A program made the translations under genes and the position numbers. Positions 19,464 to 29,088 of a stretch of 64,000 bases of DNA are shown piece by piece (position 1 is the first letter of the stretch; every line of letters starts with the position of its first letter). The notes below the pieces were generated by a model that had not been told where the DNA came from, searched no databases, and was given only the letters and a program-made list of their open reading frames with translations. The DNA lies in IMG/VR virus record IMGVR_UViG_3300039191_000526. One strand, given 5' to 3'. The stretch comes from an uncultured virus (IMG/VR IMGVR_UViG_3300039191_000526) (taxonomy: Duplodnaviria > Heunggongvirae > Uroviricota > Caudoviricetes).

Positions 19464-19492
19464 ATTATACCATATAATTTTATAAATGTAAA
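19464..19492 (-). promoter_or_regulatory. Sigma-A-like promoter
   Basis: TTTACA-17 nt-TATAAT. Confidence 0.7.
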
Positions 19493-19559
19493 CAAAATTT
19501 TAATAAAATTTATAAAAAAATACCATAAGAGGAATTCCCCTTATGGTATCAATTAATTA

Positions 19560-19997
19560 TTATCCATTTCTCCAAGCCTCTTCAATATATCCAATATCTT
19601 CTTCGGTAAAATCTGTTCCAAATTTTTCATTAAGTTTATCTGCTACAAATCCTTTTAATTCTCCTAATTTCTTATCAGAATGCCTATTTAATAAAGTGGA
19701 AAATTCTATTCCAATAAATTCAGAATAATATGGAATAGATGCATTTGTAAAATCAGTACCTTCCACTAATTCATAAGAATCAAAATATTCTTTACCATAA
19801 GCAATTTTATCTTCCCTAGTAAAATTATCAGGATCTTCATGCTCATCTAAATAATATAAATAATCTTTTTTAGCTCTTTCATTAAAAGTTTCAACATATA
19901 AATCATCACAGTTTTCTTTAACTTCATCAAAATTTAATCCTAACGCTACAAAACTTGAACTAGAACTATTGGTAACAAATCCATTTCTAATCTTCAT
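19560..19997 (-). CDS. FVTNSSSSSF-motif protein 1
   Basis: N-terminus MKIRNGFVTNSSSSSF; AAGGAG SD. Confidence 0.85.
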   Translation of the reverse strand: MKIRNGFVTNSSSSSFVALGLNFDEVKENCDDLYVETFNERAKKDYLYYLDEHEDPDNFTREDKIAYGKEYFDSYELVEGTDFTNASIPYYSEFIGIEFSTLLNRHSDKKLGELKGFVADKLNEKFGTDFTEEDIGYIEEAWRNG

Positions 19998-20014
19998 ATT
20001 ATCACTCCTTAAAA

Positions 20015-20404
20015 TTATCTTGTTTGGTCTTTAATTATATGTATATTTTCAAAGAAAGGTTTAATACCTTGAAGGGCCATTTTATATTCAATATCATTAC
20101 ATCCTTGATCTAAAATACCACCAACATAAATCATTTCTCCTTTTTTTAATCTTTTTTTACATTTACCATATTCTTCACTAATATAATTATCTTTGTTTAA
20201 TGTTGAATGTAATTGGGCAATTGTTTTAGGGAAACAATATTTTTCCATAAAAACTTGATCTAACTCTTTTAAAGATGTAATTTTATCAGAATAATTAGAT
20301 AAATCAATTTTATAGCCATCTATATTTTTATTTAATTCTTTTTTAGATGAAATAATAAAACTTGAACTAGAACTATTAGTAACAAATCCATTTCTAATCT
20401 TCAT
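20015..20404 (-). CDS. FVTNSSSSSF-motif protein 2
   Basis: Start moved to ATG 20404 so it begins MKIRNGFVTNSSSSSF; body paralogous to protein 3. Confidence 0.85.
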   Translation of the reverse strand: MKIRNGFVTNSSSSSFIISSKKELNKNIDGYKIDLSNYSDKITSLKELDQVFMEKYCFPKTIAQLHSTLNKDNYISEEYGKCKKRLKKGEMIYVGGILDQGCNDIEYKMALQGIKPFFENIHIIKDQTR

Positions 20405-20408
20405 ATTA

Positions 20409-20801
20409 TTACCTTCTTTCATCACGAATAACAGTTAAATTACTTGTATCTAATGTTTCTTCAATTCCTTTTTGATTTAATAACATTTCTACACCCTCAA
20501 AAGCTTCACTTGAAATATTGCCAATATAAATTTTTTCTCCATTTTTTATTTTTTCTTTACAATCTTTATATTCATTTGCAATATATTCATTTTCTTTTAA
20601 CAATTTTTTAAAGCCTTCAGTTGTGTGAGGATAAGCATAATTTTCCATAAAATATTGATCTAACTCTTTTAATGATTTAATTTTTGTACTATATTCTGAT
20701 AAATCAACTTCCATATTAACTTTTGCTTTAGATTTATCATGAGTACTTACAATAAAACTTGAACTAGAACTATTAGTAACAAATCCATTTCTAATCTTCA
20801 T
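20409..20801 (-). CDS. FVTNSSSSSF-motif protein 3
   Basis: Same N-terminus; DLS.YS.KI.SLKELDQ.FME.Y shared with protein 2. Confidence 0.85.
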   Translation of the reverse strand: MKIRNGFVTNSSSSSFIVSTHDKSKAKVNMEVDLSEYSTKIKSLKELDQYFMENYAYPHTTEGFKKLLKENEYIANEYKDCKEKIKNGEKIYIGNISSEAFEGVEMLLNQKGIEETLDTSNLTVIRDERR

Positions 20802-20815
20802 ATTATCACCTCTTT

Positions 20816-21442
20816 TTAATATTTTAAATTCAAATTAGCATGAACTGATCGATAATTTTCATATTCTGATTTTACATGTTTATTAACAGTAAAATTCATA
20901 TTCATAGCATTTTTTATTCTTATTTTATGTTTTTTATCAATTATCATTTTTAAGATTGAATCAATTTTTCTTTCATCTTTAATAATAGTACCATCTTTTT
21001 CTTTATCAATATATTTTATTTTATTATCGTTGATACAAACATTTTTATATTGTGATGTTTGATGAGGGAGACAATATTTTACCTCAATAGTATAGCTAAT
21101 ATGTTTTTTAGCATTATTAGATAAAAATTTTCTTAACGATAGAATTTTACTTTTATCAAAATTATGATCTATCAAAACTGTTTCTGAATGATCTATTAAA
21201 ATAATTTCTTTAGGAAGAATTTTAATAGATTTAATAAAACTTCCTGTTTGATAAATATAAAATTGTTTACTAGGATTATCTTTTTCATACATAACAGCTT
21301 TATGGCCATCTGGATATACATCATGAGGACCATGTCCAGTTCCTCCTCCATCTTTACAAGTAAAACATACTATATATTCTTTATCACTATTAGGGAATCT
21401 TTCACTTTTAACTATATCTCCAATTTTTAATTTTCTTTCCAT
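20816..21442 (-). CDS. Hypothetical two-domain protein (GGGTGHGPHDVYPDGH motif)
   Basis: AGGAGG SD. Confidence 0.65.
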   Translation of the reverse strand: MERKLKIGDIVKSERFPNSDKEYIVCFTCKDGGGTGHGPHDVYPDGHKAVMYEKDNPSKQFYIYQTGSFIKSIKILPKEIILIDHSETVLIDHNFDKSKILSLRKFLSNNAKKHISYTIEVKYCLPHQTSQYKNVCINDNKIKYIDKEKDGTIIKDERKIDSILKMIIDKKHKIRIKNAMNMNFTVNKHVKSEYENYRSVHANLNLKY

Positions 21443-21931
21443 TTAAATCCCTCCTATAATTTTATATGAAATATAAATTAAATAAAATGAATTAAATAAT
21501 GCTAATGATTTATTTAATTTTTTCATATCTATATTAAGTTCATTTTTAAAAGTAGAATTACTACTTAATATAGAAATAGTTATATTTATTAGAGCAACAT
21601 TCATAGCACTATGAGAAACAATAAATCTTATTATAAAAAATAAATATATAAAATATATAAACTCAATAAAATAATAAAATAAAATAAATTTTTTAATTTG
21701 ACTTTCTATTTTTTCTATTTTATTTTGATATAATTTTTGCATTTGTAGTTGTTTTGTAAAAATTGTAAATTTTCTTGTATTAATCTTACATTTTTTATTT
21801 ATTTTTTCTTTTATTTTATTATATTCATCTTCTTTTTTATTTAACCATTTTTGTTGTGGGGTAACTGTAAAATTATCCCAAATAAAAAGAAAAGCAAAAA
21901 GGAGGTTAACTAAAATTATTATTAAATCCAT
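21443..21931 (-). CDS. Membrane protein
   Basis: Several hydrophobic segments. Confidence 0.55.
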   Translation of the reverse strand: MDLIIILVNLLFAFLFIWDNFTVTPQQKWLNKKEDEYNKIKEKINKKCKINTRKFTIFTKQLQMQKLYQNKIEKIESQIKKFILFYYFIEFIYFIYLFFIIRFIVSHSAMNVALINITISILSSNSTFKNELNIDMKKLNKSLALFNSFYLIYISYKIIGGI

Positions 21932-21971
21932 AATATTTTTGCTCCTTTAAAAATATTTAATAAAAAAAATA

Positions 21972-22316
21972 TTATTTTTTTAACTTTTTTGACAATAAAA
22001 ATGCTTCTAATGTTTCATCATTATATTCTGAATATTTAATAATTTTATAGTTTGGTTCTATACTTTTTAAATCAGAAATTGTAAACTCTTTTTGAGATTG
22101 ATTCTCAAATAATTTTTCATGGAGTGTTTTTGGTTCTTTATTATTTTTATTCCAAGATGATTTTCTATTAATCATCTTTTTTATTTGGTTAGCAAAATTA
22201 GCATTTTTTGATTTATTATTTATAATTTCTTTATAATCGCCTGATTGTAACTCTATACGTAATCCATCATGTTCTTCATATAATTTTTCAAAATCTTTGA
22301 CACTTAACTTATTCAT
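21972..22316 (-). CDS. Hypothetical protein (family with 11554/26324), shared C-terminal helix (LEAFLLSKKLKK)
   Basis: AAGGAGG SD before MNKL at 22316. Confidence 0.65.
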   Translation of the reverse strand: MNKLSVKDFEKLYEEHDGLRIELQSGDYKEIINNKSKNANFANQIKKMINRKSSWNKNNKEPKTLHEKLFENQSQKEFTISDLKSIEPNYKIIKYSEYNDETLEAFLLSKKLKK

Positions 22317-22428
22317 TTTTATCCTCCTTATTAGGTTGAGGGGGATCAACTTCTTGGGCTAACAACATCAATCGACCAAAAAACCATGTAAAGAATACTA
22401 AAAATATTATAAAACCTATTATTTCCAT
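22309..22428 (-). CDS. 39-aa single-TM peptide (MEIIGFIIFLVFF...)
   Basis: Translated by hand; AAGGTGA SD. Confidence 0.5.
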   Translation of the reverse strand: MEIIGFIIFLVFFTWFFGRLMLLAQEVDPPQPNKEDKNE

Positions 22429-22439
22429 ATTATCACCTT

Positions 22440-22754
22440 CTATATTATTCCTTTAAGTTTTAATATTATCTTAAAACAATCTAATTTTTCTTGTGAAGTA
22501 GGTCCAATTTGGACTGCTACTATTGTATTTGGATGACCATTAATGATATATTGACCTAAACTATCTTGTTCAGCAATTATATGCATAGCACCAGTTTCTA
22601 TTGCTAAATCTTTTACTTTATGTATTAAATTATCTTTAACACCAATTCCATTTACTGGTTCTTTAGGTAAAGATATATTAGAATTTTGATCAGCAAATAA
22701 TTTCCACGTAGGGATAGATTCATTATAATATATATCTTTTTTGATTAAAAACAC
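22440..22754 (-). CDS. Degenerate Pth2-like (IGP) family protein
   Basis: PNTIVAVQIGPTSQEKLDCFKIILKL. Confidence 0.55.
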   Translation of the reverse strand: MFLIKKDIYYNESIPTWKLFADQNSNISLPKEPVNGIGVKDNLIHKVKDLAIETGAMHIIAEQDSLGQYIINGHPNTIVAVQIGPTSQEKLDCFKIILKLKGII

Positions 22755-22783
22755 CTCCTTTCTATAGGAATATTTTTTAATTA

Positions 22784-23905
22784 TTATATAATATCTTTTT
22801 TGTCTCGTTCACATAAAACTATTTCAGGAACAACTGGACAACCACCTAAACATTCATTATAATCACTACACTCATTACATGATGTATTAAAGTGATTTCT
22901 AAAATTATCAAATGTATCTGATTTCCATGCATTTTCTATTGTATCATTTGAAATATCATAGCCCCACTTTTGTTTTTGATCAAAAGAACATGGTGTTGCA
23001 ATTAAATCTGCTGTAATATACATAGACCATCTTCCACCTTCACAAGTATCAATACTAGCTCTATTAATATTATTAGTTAAATTAATAATCCCTGGCACAT
23101 TACAAGAATCGAATCCAATTTGAAAATTTAAATCTTTTTCTTTCATTAAATCATCAATTGTTTTATAAAACTCTTTAACTTTAGGATCATTATAATCTAA
23201 AACATTATCTTGACTCCCTAAGCCTACTGGTTTATGTAACAAAAATATTACAGCATTTATACCATCATCAAAACCATTATTTTTTAATTTATTAATAGCA
23301 TCATCAATAGAATTATTTGATAATACATAATGAATATTAGTAGTTACACCAGCATTTACGAATTTTTTAATAGCTCTTCTAGTATGAGGTTGGTTATATT
23401 CTGATACTGCAACAGCTCCACAAAATTCTTTTGTTATTTCAACTTCTCTATCAGTTAAATCTAAACCAGAGGTAGTATAATTAGGAATTATATTATTTTG
23501 TTTACAATAAGAAACTAACCTTTTAAAGTTTTCATGTTTATTAACATCACCTCTTCCCCCTAGAGCTAATTGAAATGTTTTACCTTTACACTCATCAACA
23601 ATTTTTTTAAAATCTTCAAAAGACATATTATCTTTATGAGTATTTAATCCATCTTGATAACATTCAACTCCTGATTTAATACATAACCCTGATTCTCCAT
23701 GAATACAATGTCCCATTACTCCGACATCTATTAACTCGGGAAAATTAGTCATAAAAGGATCTTTTCCAGTATCTTCACCATTTTCTAAAATTCCACTTCT
23801 CATATAAAACCCATTTTCTAAATTAAACATTGATTTAAACTTATTTTCCCTATCAGTTTTAACCATAACATTTCCTTGTTTTGTAGATGTAATTGAATTA
23901 GCCAT
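22784..23905 (-). CDS. Radical SAM / SPASM-domain protein with non-canonical CX7CX6C motif
   Basis: CIHGESGLCIKSGVECYQ, LGGRGD, YTTSG, GFDSC, SPASM CEGG...PCSF...CxxCxxxxxCxGGC. Confidence 0.88.
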   Translation of the reverse strand: MANSITSTKQGNVMVKTDRENKFKSMFNLENGFYMRSGILENGEDTGKDPFMTNFPELIDVGVMGHCIHGESGLCIKSGVECYQDGLNTHKDNMSFEDFKKIVDECKGKTFQLALGGRGDVNKHENFKRLVSYCKQNNIIPNYTTSGLDLTDREVEITKEFCGAVAVSEYNQPHTRRAIKKFVNAGVTTNIHYVLSNNSIDDAINKLKNNGFDDGINAVIFLLHKPVGLGSQDNVLDYNDPKVKEFYKTIDDLMKEKDLNFQIGFDSCNVPGIINLTNNINRASIDTCEGGRWSMYITADLIATPCSFDQKQKWGYDISNDTIENAWKSDTFDNFRNHFNTSCNECSDYNECLGGCPVVPEIVLCERDKKDII

Positions 23906-24122
23906 TTAAATTCCTCCTTATGATTTTTTTGATTTTACTTAATATTTTATATTTTAATGAAAATTCCACATTTATATTATTAATTTTACTTTCAATATTA
24001 TTAAATTTATTTTCTATATTATCTAAACAATTATTAGTCTTTCTTTTAATCCTATTATTTAATTCATTATTTTCTTTTTCTATTTTAGATATAATATTTT
24101 GATTATCTTTAATTGGATTCAT
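23898..24122 (-). CDS. Small coiled-coil protein (C-terminus SLKYK.L.KI shared with 24532 ORF)
   Basis: GGAGG SD. Confidence 0.55.
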   Translation of the reverse strand: MNPIKDNQNIISKIEKENNELNNRIKRKTNNCLDNIENKFNNIESKINNINVEFSLKYKILSKIKKIIRRNLNG

Positions 24123-24134
24123 TTTATTACCTCC

Positions 24135-24341
24135 TCATTCAATTTTATTGATAATCATAGAATTAATATTATAATTTTGTTCACCATATTTATGTTTTAA
24201 GCCTTTTTTTACTTCTTTTTTTACTTTCTCTTTATTATCACTTGATCTAAATAAAGTTTTCTTTAAGACACCTAAATTTTCACCACAACAGGTATTAATA
24301 ATTTCTATATCAATATTAATTTTAAATTTTATTAAATCCAT
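24135..24341 (-). CDS. Hypothetical protein
   Basis: AGGAGG SD. Confidence 0.55.
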   Translation of the reverse strand: MDLIKFKINIDIEIINTCCGENLGVLKKTLFRSSDNKEKVKKEVKKGLKHKYGEQNYNINSMIINKIE

Positions 24342-24514
24342 TATAACCCTCCTTTTATTAATATTTTAATCAAATAATAAAATTAAACTTACTATTAAAC
24401 CCCCTGTTAATAATACACATAAGTAAAATGTAGCAGTTCGATATTTTTTTATTATTTTTTTTATTTTATTATAATTCATATTTAAATTACCCTCCTTTTT
24501 GTTTCTCAATATAT

Positions 24515-24543
24515 ATTATACCATACTACAATTATTTTGTAAA
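24515..24543 (-). promoter_or_regulatory. Sigma-A-like promoter upstream of the radical SAM gene cluster
   Basis: TTTACA-17 nt-TATAAT with TG. Confidence 0.7.
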
Positions 24544-24882
24544 TATTTTTTCAATTTTATTTAATACTTTATATTTTAAAGAAGTTTTTTTATCTATAGA
24601 TAAAGGCTTATATAAGGGACAATCATTATCATAATTAACTTCACATACTTTAATATAATGTTCCTCATTGCACTTTTCTTTACCAGTTACTTGTTGCCAT
24701 TGCTGATATTTATCTTTAAATTCATCTAATGTTTTTAACCCTATAATAGCCTCATCAATAATCTCATTAGTACATAATTCCATTTTAGCAATTTCATAAA
24801 GCCTATGTTCAGGAATTTTACATTTTAATTCATTACTAACATTTTTATAATAAATACAATTTTTACATAATACATCACTCAT
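24532..24882 (-). CDS. Cys-rich hypothetical protein
   Basis: CKNC ... C ... CP. Confidence 0.6.
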   Translation of the reverse strand: MSDVLCKNCIYYKNVSNELKCKIPEHRLYEIAKMELCTNEIIDEAIIGLKTLDEFKDKYQQWQQVTGKEKCNEEHYIKVCEVNYDNDCPLYKPLSIDKKTSLKYKVLNKIEKIFTK

Positions 24883-25443
24883 TTAATTTCCTCCTTTTAT
24901 ATTAGCATTATATGTTTTCTTAATTGATCCTTTAGGAATATAAAAAATTCTTTTATTATTTTGTGAAGGATCCCAAGGGGCATCTATAGGGTTACCTTTA
25001 TAATCAACATATTTTGGTTGTTCAATAACATATCTAGGTTTCTTTGAAAATCTTATAATTGCTTTATTTGCTTTAATTTTTTTCATTTTAATTCCTTCTT
25101 TTGTTTTAATATAATAATAATAGTATATATTTTCTTTTATTTTTCCACTAGTTAAAAAAATAGTTCCCCTTATATTCCCTTCTATATTACTATGAGTTTG
25201 AAAAGAATATAATTTAACAGATTGTTTTGGAATATATTTAATTGGTTTTAATGAATAATAATAGCAATTATAAAAAAATGTTATAATTGAAATTATTATT
25301 GCAAGAATAATAAAAGAATAACAACTACCTAGAAATCCATATATTAATATTGACAATTTTGAATTATTTTTATATTTAATCCAATAAAATATTGTTAATA
25401 TAATATTTAAAAATAAAAATAATTTTATATTAAGTATACCCAC
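24883..25443 (-). CDS. Phage membrane protein
   Basis: N-terminal TMs, YYYY..., FYIPKGSI. Confidence 0.6.
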   Translation of the reverse strand: MGILNIKLFLFLNIILTIFYWIKYKNNSKLSILIYGFLGSCYSFIILAIIISIITFFYNCYYYSLKPIKYIPKQSVKLYSFQTHSNIEGNIRGTIFLTSGKIKENIYYYYYIKTKEGIKMKKIKANKAIIRFSKKPRYVIEQPKYVDYKGNPIDAPWDPSQNNKRIFYIPKGSIKKTYNANIKGGN

Positions 25444-25609
25444 TATATTCCCCCCTTATTAAAACATATAATAAGGAGTACACTGCTAATGTACCCCCTA
25501 TTTATATATTAATGTTTTCCAAGTAAATTATCTAGTATAATCTTACCTAATATATAACAATTACCTATCATAACTATAATTACTATCCACAAAAATATTT
25601 TCTCTAACA

Positions 25610-25915
25610 TTAATTTTCCTCTCTTTCCTTTATTTTGTTACATACATTTATTTTATTTCTTTTAATATCAAAATAAAAACAATAAGCATCAATTACATTT
25701 CTCCATCTAAAATAATCATCATTATGATGACTTCGGAATCCATCTTGATATTCTTTAAAAAACCTACATGAAGGAATATTATATTTAATTTCTAGCTCTA
25801 ATAATTCCTTTTCTAATTGTTTCTTTTTTTCTTCAATTGGAATTTGTTTTATTTTATTTTCAAATTCTTCTCTAGTCATATCATCATTAATTTTAATTTT
25901 AACCATATTAGACAT
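25610..25915 (-). CDS. Small protein resembling TumA-like antitoxins
   Basis: LEIKYNIPS..FF..YQ.G......DYF.W pattern. Confidence 0.4.
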   Translation of the reverse strand: MSNMVKIKINDDMTREEFENKIKQIPIEEKKKQLEKELLELEIKYNIPSCRFFKEYQDGFRSHHNDDYFRWRNVIDAYCFYFDIKRNKINVCNKIKEREEN

Positions 25916-25922
25916 CCTTATA

Positions 25923-26282
25923 TTAATTTAATTTTCTACCACATTCATGACATGTAATTTTATTATAATTAATATTAACAATACCTAATGTTACTTTATC
26001 ACAATGTGAACATTCAACATTAATTTGAACCTCATTAACATCAAAATTCTTTTCAATAAAATCTAAGGCTACCCAAAAGTTTTCTGTTAATGATTTTTTA
26101 CAGATATTAATTAATTCTTCATTGGTCTTATTTTTAATGTCCACTGTTTTATTAAATGGTTCTTTTAAAGCTTTTTTGTGTTGATATTCTGAAGTTGTTT
26201 TAAACATTTCCTCTAATTTTTCTCTTGAAGCATTTTCAACAGTATTAGTAAAATTTTGAATCTCTTTATCAGTAAGTTCCAT
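25923..26282 (-). CDS. Zinc-ribbon protein
   Basis: CSHC...CHECG. Confidence 0.65.
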   Translation of the reverse strand: MELTDKEIQNFTNTVENASREKLEEMFKTTSEYQHKKALKEPFNKTVDIKNKTNEELINICKKSLTENFWVALDFIEKNFDVNEVQINVECSHCDKVTLGIVNINYNKITCHECGRKLN

Positions 26283-26312
26283 ATTATCTCCTCCTATTAA
26301 CTATTTAATTAT

Positions 26313-26341
26313 ATTATATAATATTATTGTAACTTTGTAAA
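26313..26341 (-). promoter_or_regulatory. Sigma-A-like promoter
   Basis: TTTACA-17 nt-TATAAT. Confidence 0.65.
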
Positions 26342-26665
26342 CAATTTTTTTATTTTTTTTTCTTTGCTTATTCTAATAATTTTTAAAAGATTAATTAAAC
26401 TTTTTATGTGATATTCATTATATCCAATAATTTTAAAAGCTGAACATTGATTATAATGATCTTTTTTTAAAGATGAAGATATAAAATCACATAGTTCAAT
26501 ATCATTTATATTTCTATTATGTATTTCATCAATAAGATAATCTATATTATCATCTATTATTTTCCCTTCATGAAATATAATATAATTATTTGGAGTGATT
26601 TCAATTTCAACTTTCTCATGTGAATTAATTATATCAATTAATTCTTGTAGTTTTAATTTTTTCAT
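26324..26665 (-). CDS. Hypothetical protein (family with 11554/21972)
   Basis: AAGGAGG SD; HEKVEIEI. Confidence 0.65.
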   Translation of the reverse strand: MKKLKLQELIDIINSHEKVEIEITPNNYIIFHEGKIIDDNIDYLIDEIHNRNINDIELCDFISSSLKKDHYNQCSAFKIIGYNEYHIKSLINLLKIIRISKEKKIKKLFTKLQ

Positions 26666-26752
26666 TATAAACCTCCTTATTAATATTAAAAAGAGACCGC
26701 AATGGTCTCTTTTAATAAATTATATAATATTATATAGCTTTTTTTTACTTTT

Positions 26753-27220
26753 TTAATATCCCATTCTTTTTCTCCAATCATGATATAAATTTAATATATA
26801 TAATGCCCAATTTTTAATAGGTTCTTTAGGTAAGTTTTTACCTTTTTCTAAAAAAGAAATTGTAACATATGATATTTGAGTATTACTATATAAATTAATA
26901 TAAAATTCCTTATATTGATTTTTATTATCTATTGTTGATTTTAATGTATTAGGTAATTTAAGTTTCATATTAAAAACAATTGGTTTATAATAATTTTCAT
27001 CATAAAATGAATTAATTGTATTTTGAATAGAAGAAAACTTTTTATATTTTCTATCTGGTGATCCAGTGTTTACTTGGGTATCAATTAAAATATTTTCTCC
27101 ATTTTTAATTTTTAAATCAAAATCAATAACTTCCCAATCTTGAAAATTTGGAATATTGTTTAAAAACTTTAATAATTCTTCAAAATCATTAAATTGTATT
27201 TTAATCATTATGTATTTCAC
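26753..27220 (-). CDS. Hypothetical protein
   Basis: ORF downstream of mazF. Confidence 0.55.
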   Translation of the reverse strand: MKYIMIKIQFNDFEELLKFLNNIPNFQDWEVIDFDLKIKNGENILIDTQVNTGSPDRKYKKFSSIQNTINSFYDENYYKPIVFNMKLKLPNTLKSTIDNKNQYKEFYINLYSNTQISYVTISFLEKGKNLPKEPIKNWALYILNLYHDWRKRMGY

Positions 27221-27578
27221 CTTCCAATAAAATTTTATCAGTTAGGAAGAAACTCTTTTTTATTCCTTTATTAATATTAATTAATGTTTTTTTAGAACAA
27301 ATCCCTATTTTTTTTCCTAACCTTTCTTTATCAATTGTTCTAATTTGTTCTAATAATACTATTGATTGTTGATTTAACCCACAATTTTTTGTTAAAGAAA
27401 CATGAGTAGGCATATGTTTCTTTTTTTTATGGGTAGTAATAGCTGCAACAATAGTAGTTGGACTATATTTATTTCCTATATCATTTTGAATAATAATTAC
27501 AGGTCTTTTTCCAGATTGTTCAGACCCTATAGTACCTGATAAATTAGCATAATAAATTTCTCCTTTTTTTACTATCAT
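27201..27578 (-). CDS. mazF: PemK/MazF-family endoribonuclease (no adjacent antitoxin)
   Basis: KKGEIYYANL...GSEQSGKRPVIIIQNDIGNKYSPTTIVAAIT...LLEQIRTIDKERL. Confidence 0.9.
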   Translation of the reverse strand: MIVKKGEIYYANLSGTIGSEQSGKRPVIIIQNDIGNKYSPTTIVAAITTHKKKKHMPTHVSLTKNCGLNQQSIVLLEQIRTIDKERLGKKIGICSKKTLININKGIKKSFFLTDKILLEGEIHND

Positions 27579-27594
27579 ATCTTATTTTAACCTC

Positions 27595-28308
27595 CTAAAC
27601 CCCCTCATTAAAGCTATTACCTTGTGAATCTTGTCCATCATTTACTGGTAATTCACCATCTAATATTTTTTGTTGTCTTTCTTGGAATGAATCCCACTGC
27701 TTTTTAAATTCTTGAGCAAATTTAAATTCTAAATCTCCATTCATATCAAGTTCTTGGTCAATTTGCCGTATAGTAGATAAAACAATCTCAGCAAATCTGG
27801 TAATTTCATTACTAAAGAAATTAACATCAATTCTATTTTGATTTTGTAATTCACCAGTTAAATCAGCTAACGAATTAATTAATCCTTTAACTGAATTCAT
27901 ATATCTAATAGTTAAATTATGCTTTTCTTTTGTGCTTTGCATATCTTCAACTTCTTCAATGTTTACTAGTGCCCTTTCAATCATGTATGATATAGTATTA
28001 ACCTCATCAATAATAATGTCAGTTCCTTGTTCATATTTATCTTTTACTTCTTTTAATCTTTCTTTTGTTTCAGCGGTTTTAATTTTAATATCATCAGATG
28101 GATCAAAATGATTTTTCATATGCCTTCTAATTGAAGAAGGTTTAATATTTTCTTTTTTAACTATTTCTTGTTCATCTGGATCACTTAAGCTTTGTAGATA
28201 TTCATAAATTTTCTGAGGGGACATTCCTTGAGTATGTAACTCTTCAATAACCCCTCTAAACTTTGAATTACATGTTTTACATTGTTTTACATATGTATTA
28301 CTTCCCAT
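27595..28308 (-). CDS. Zn-finger/HTH plus helical protein (possible small terminase or DNA-binding protein)
   Basis: CKTC...GMSPQKI...SIRRHMKNH; function speculative. Confidence 0.45.
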   Translation of the reverse strand: MGSNTYVKQCKTCNSKFRGVIEELHTQGMSPQKIYEYLQSLSDPDEQEIVKKENIKPSSIRRHMKNHFDPSDDIKIKTAETKERLKEVKDKYEQGTDIIIDEVNTISYMIERALVNIEEVEDMQSTKEKHNLTIRYMNSVKGLINSLADLTGELQNQNRIDVNFFSNEITRFAEIVLSTIRQIDQELDMNGDLEFKFAQEFKKQWDSFQERQQKILDGELPVNDGQDSQGNSFNEGV

Positions 28309-28402
28309 ATTGCAACCTCCTTATTATTATTCATTATTTTAATAAATTATAATTTAGTTTTTATTATAAAAAAAAAGTGGATAAAATCCACTTTAAATAA
28401 AT

Positions 28403-28732
28403 TTATATTAATTTTAATCTTCTTTTAACCCAATCAGTTTCTATATATCTTTCTTCTTCTTGTAAAACATATCGTTCTCCATTATCAGCGGTTTTAATTA
28501 AATCTCTTCTTAATTCATGAGCTCTCAATTCCATTTCAGAAAATTTCATAAATTCCCCTTGGTCATCTGGTAAAGGTTGATAATTTAATGTTGGAAAATG
28601 ATAAGCCCATTCATATTCACTCCATAATTGATGGGTTATATCTCCTAATAATTTTATATGATAAATTTCAGCCCATTCTTCAGGAGTTCTTTTTTTCATA
28701 TCAACGTCCTCAACTTTTTCCCAAGTAGACAT
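28403..28732 (-). CDS. Hypothetical protein
   Basis: ORF with SD. Confidence 0.65.
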   Translation of the reverse strand: MSTWEKVEDVDMKKRTPEEWAEIYHIKLLGDITHQLWSEYEWAYHFPTLNYQPLPDDQGEFMKFSEMELRAHELRRDLIKTADNGERYVLQEEERYIETDWVKRRLKLI

Positions 28733-29088
28733 GTTATAGCCCCTTTCTATTGGTTGCTTTTTTTAATTTAAGAATATTATATAATGGTTTAATTAAAGGC
28801 CAATTTTGACTTAATATTGTAATAATAATAAAAAATATGAATAAAGCCATTATTCTCACCTCTTATTTTATTTTTTATTAGGATATAATATATATACCCC
28901 ACTATAACAAATTAATAATAATATTGTTAAAAATGTTTTAGCTAATATACCAATATCACAATTATATAAAAAAATACTATAAATAATAAATATTGTTATT
29001 AAAAAATATAAAAATTGTTTTTTAGTCATTATAATCTCCTTTTTTTATTAAGGTGGCTATATGAATTATAGCCACCCTGGTAAAAGAA

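Noticed and set aside
19950..20806. CRISPR-like or DGR template/variable repeats
   Set aside because: The repeats are coding 5' ends about 400 bp apart; no reverse transcriptase and only one mismatch among copies.
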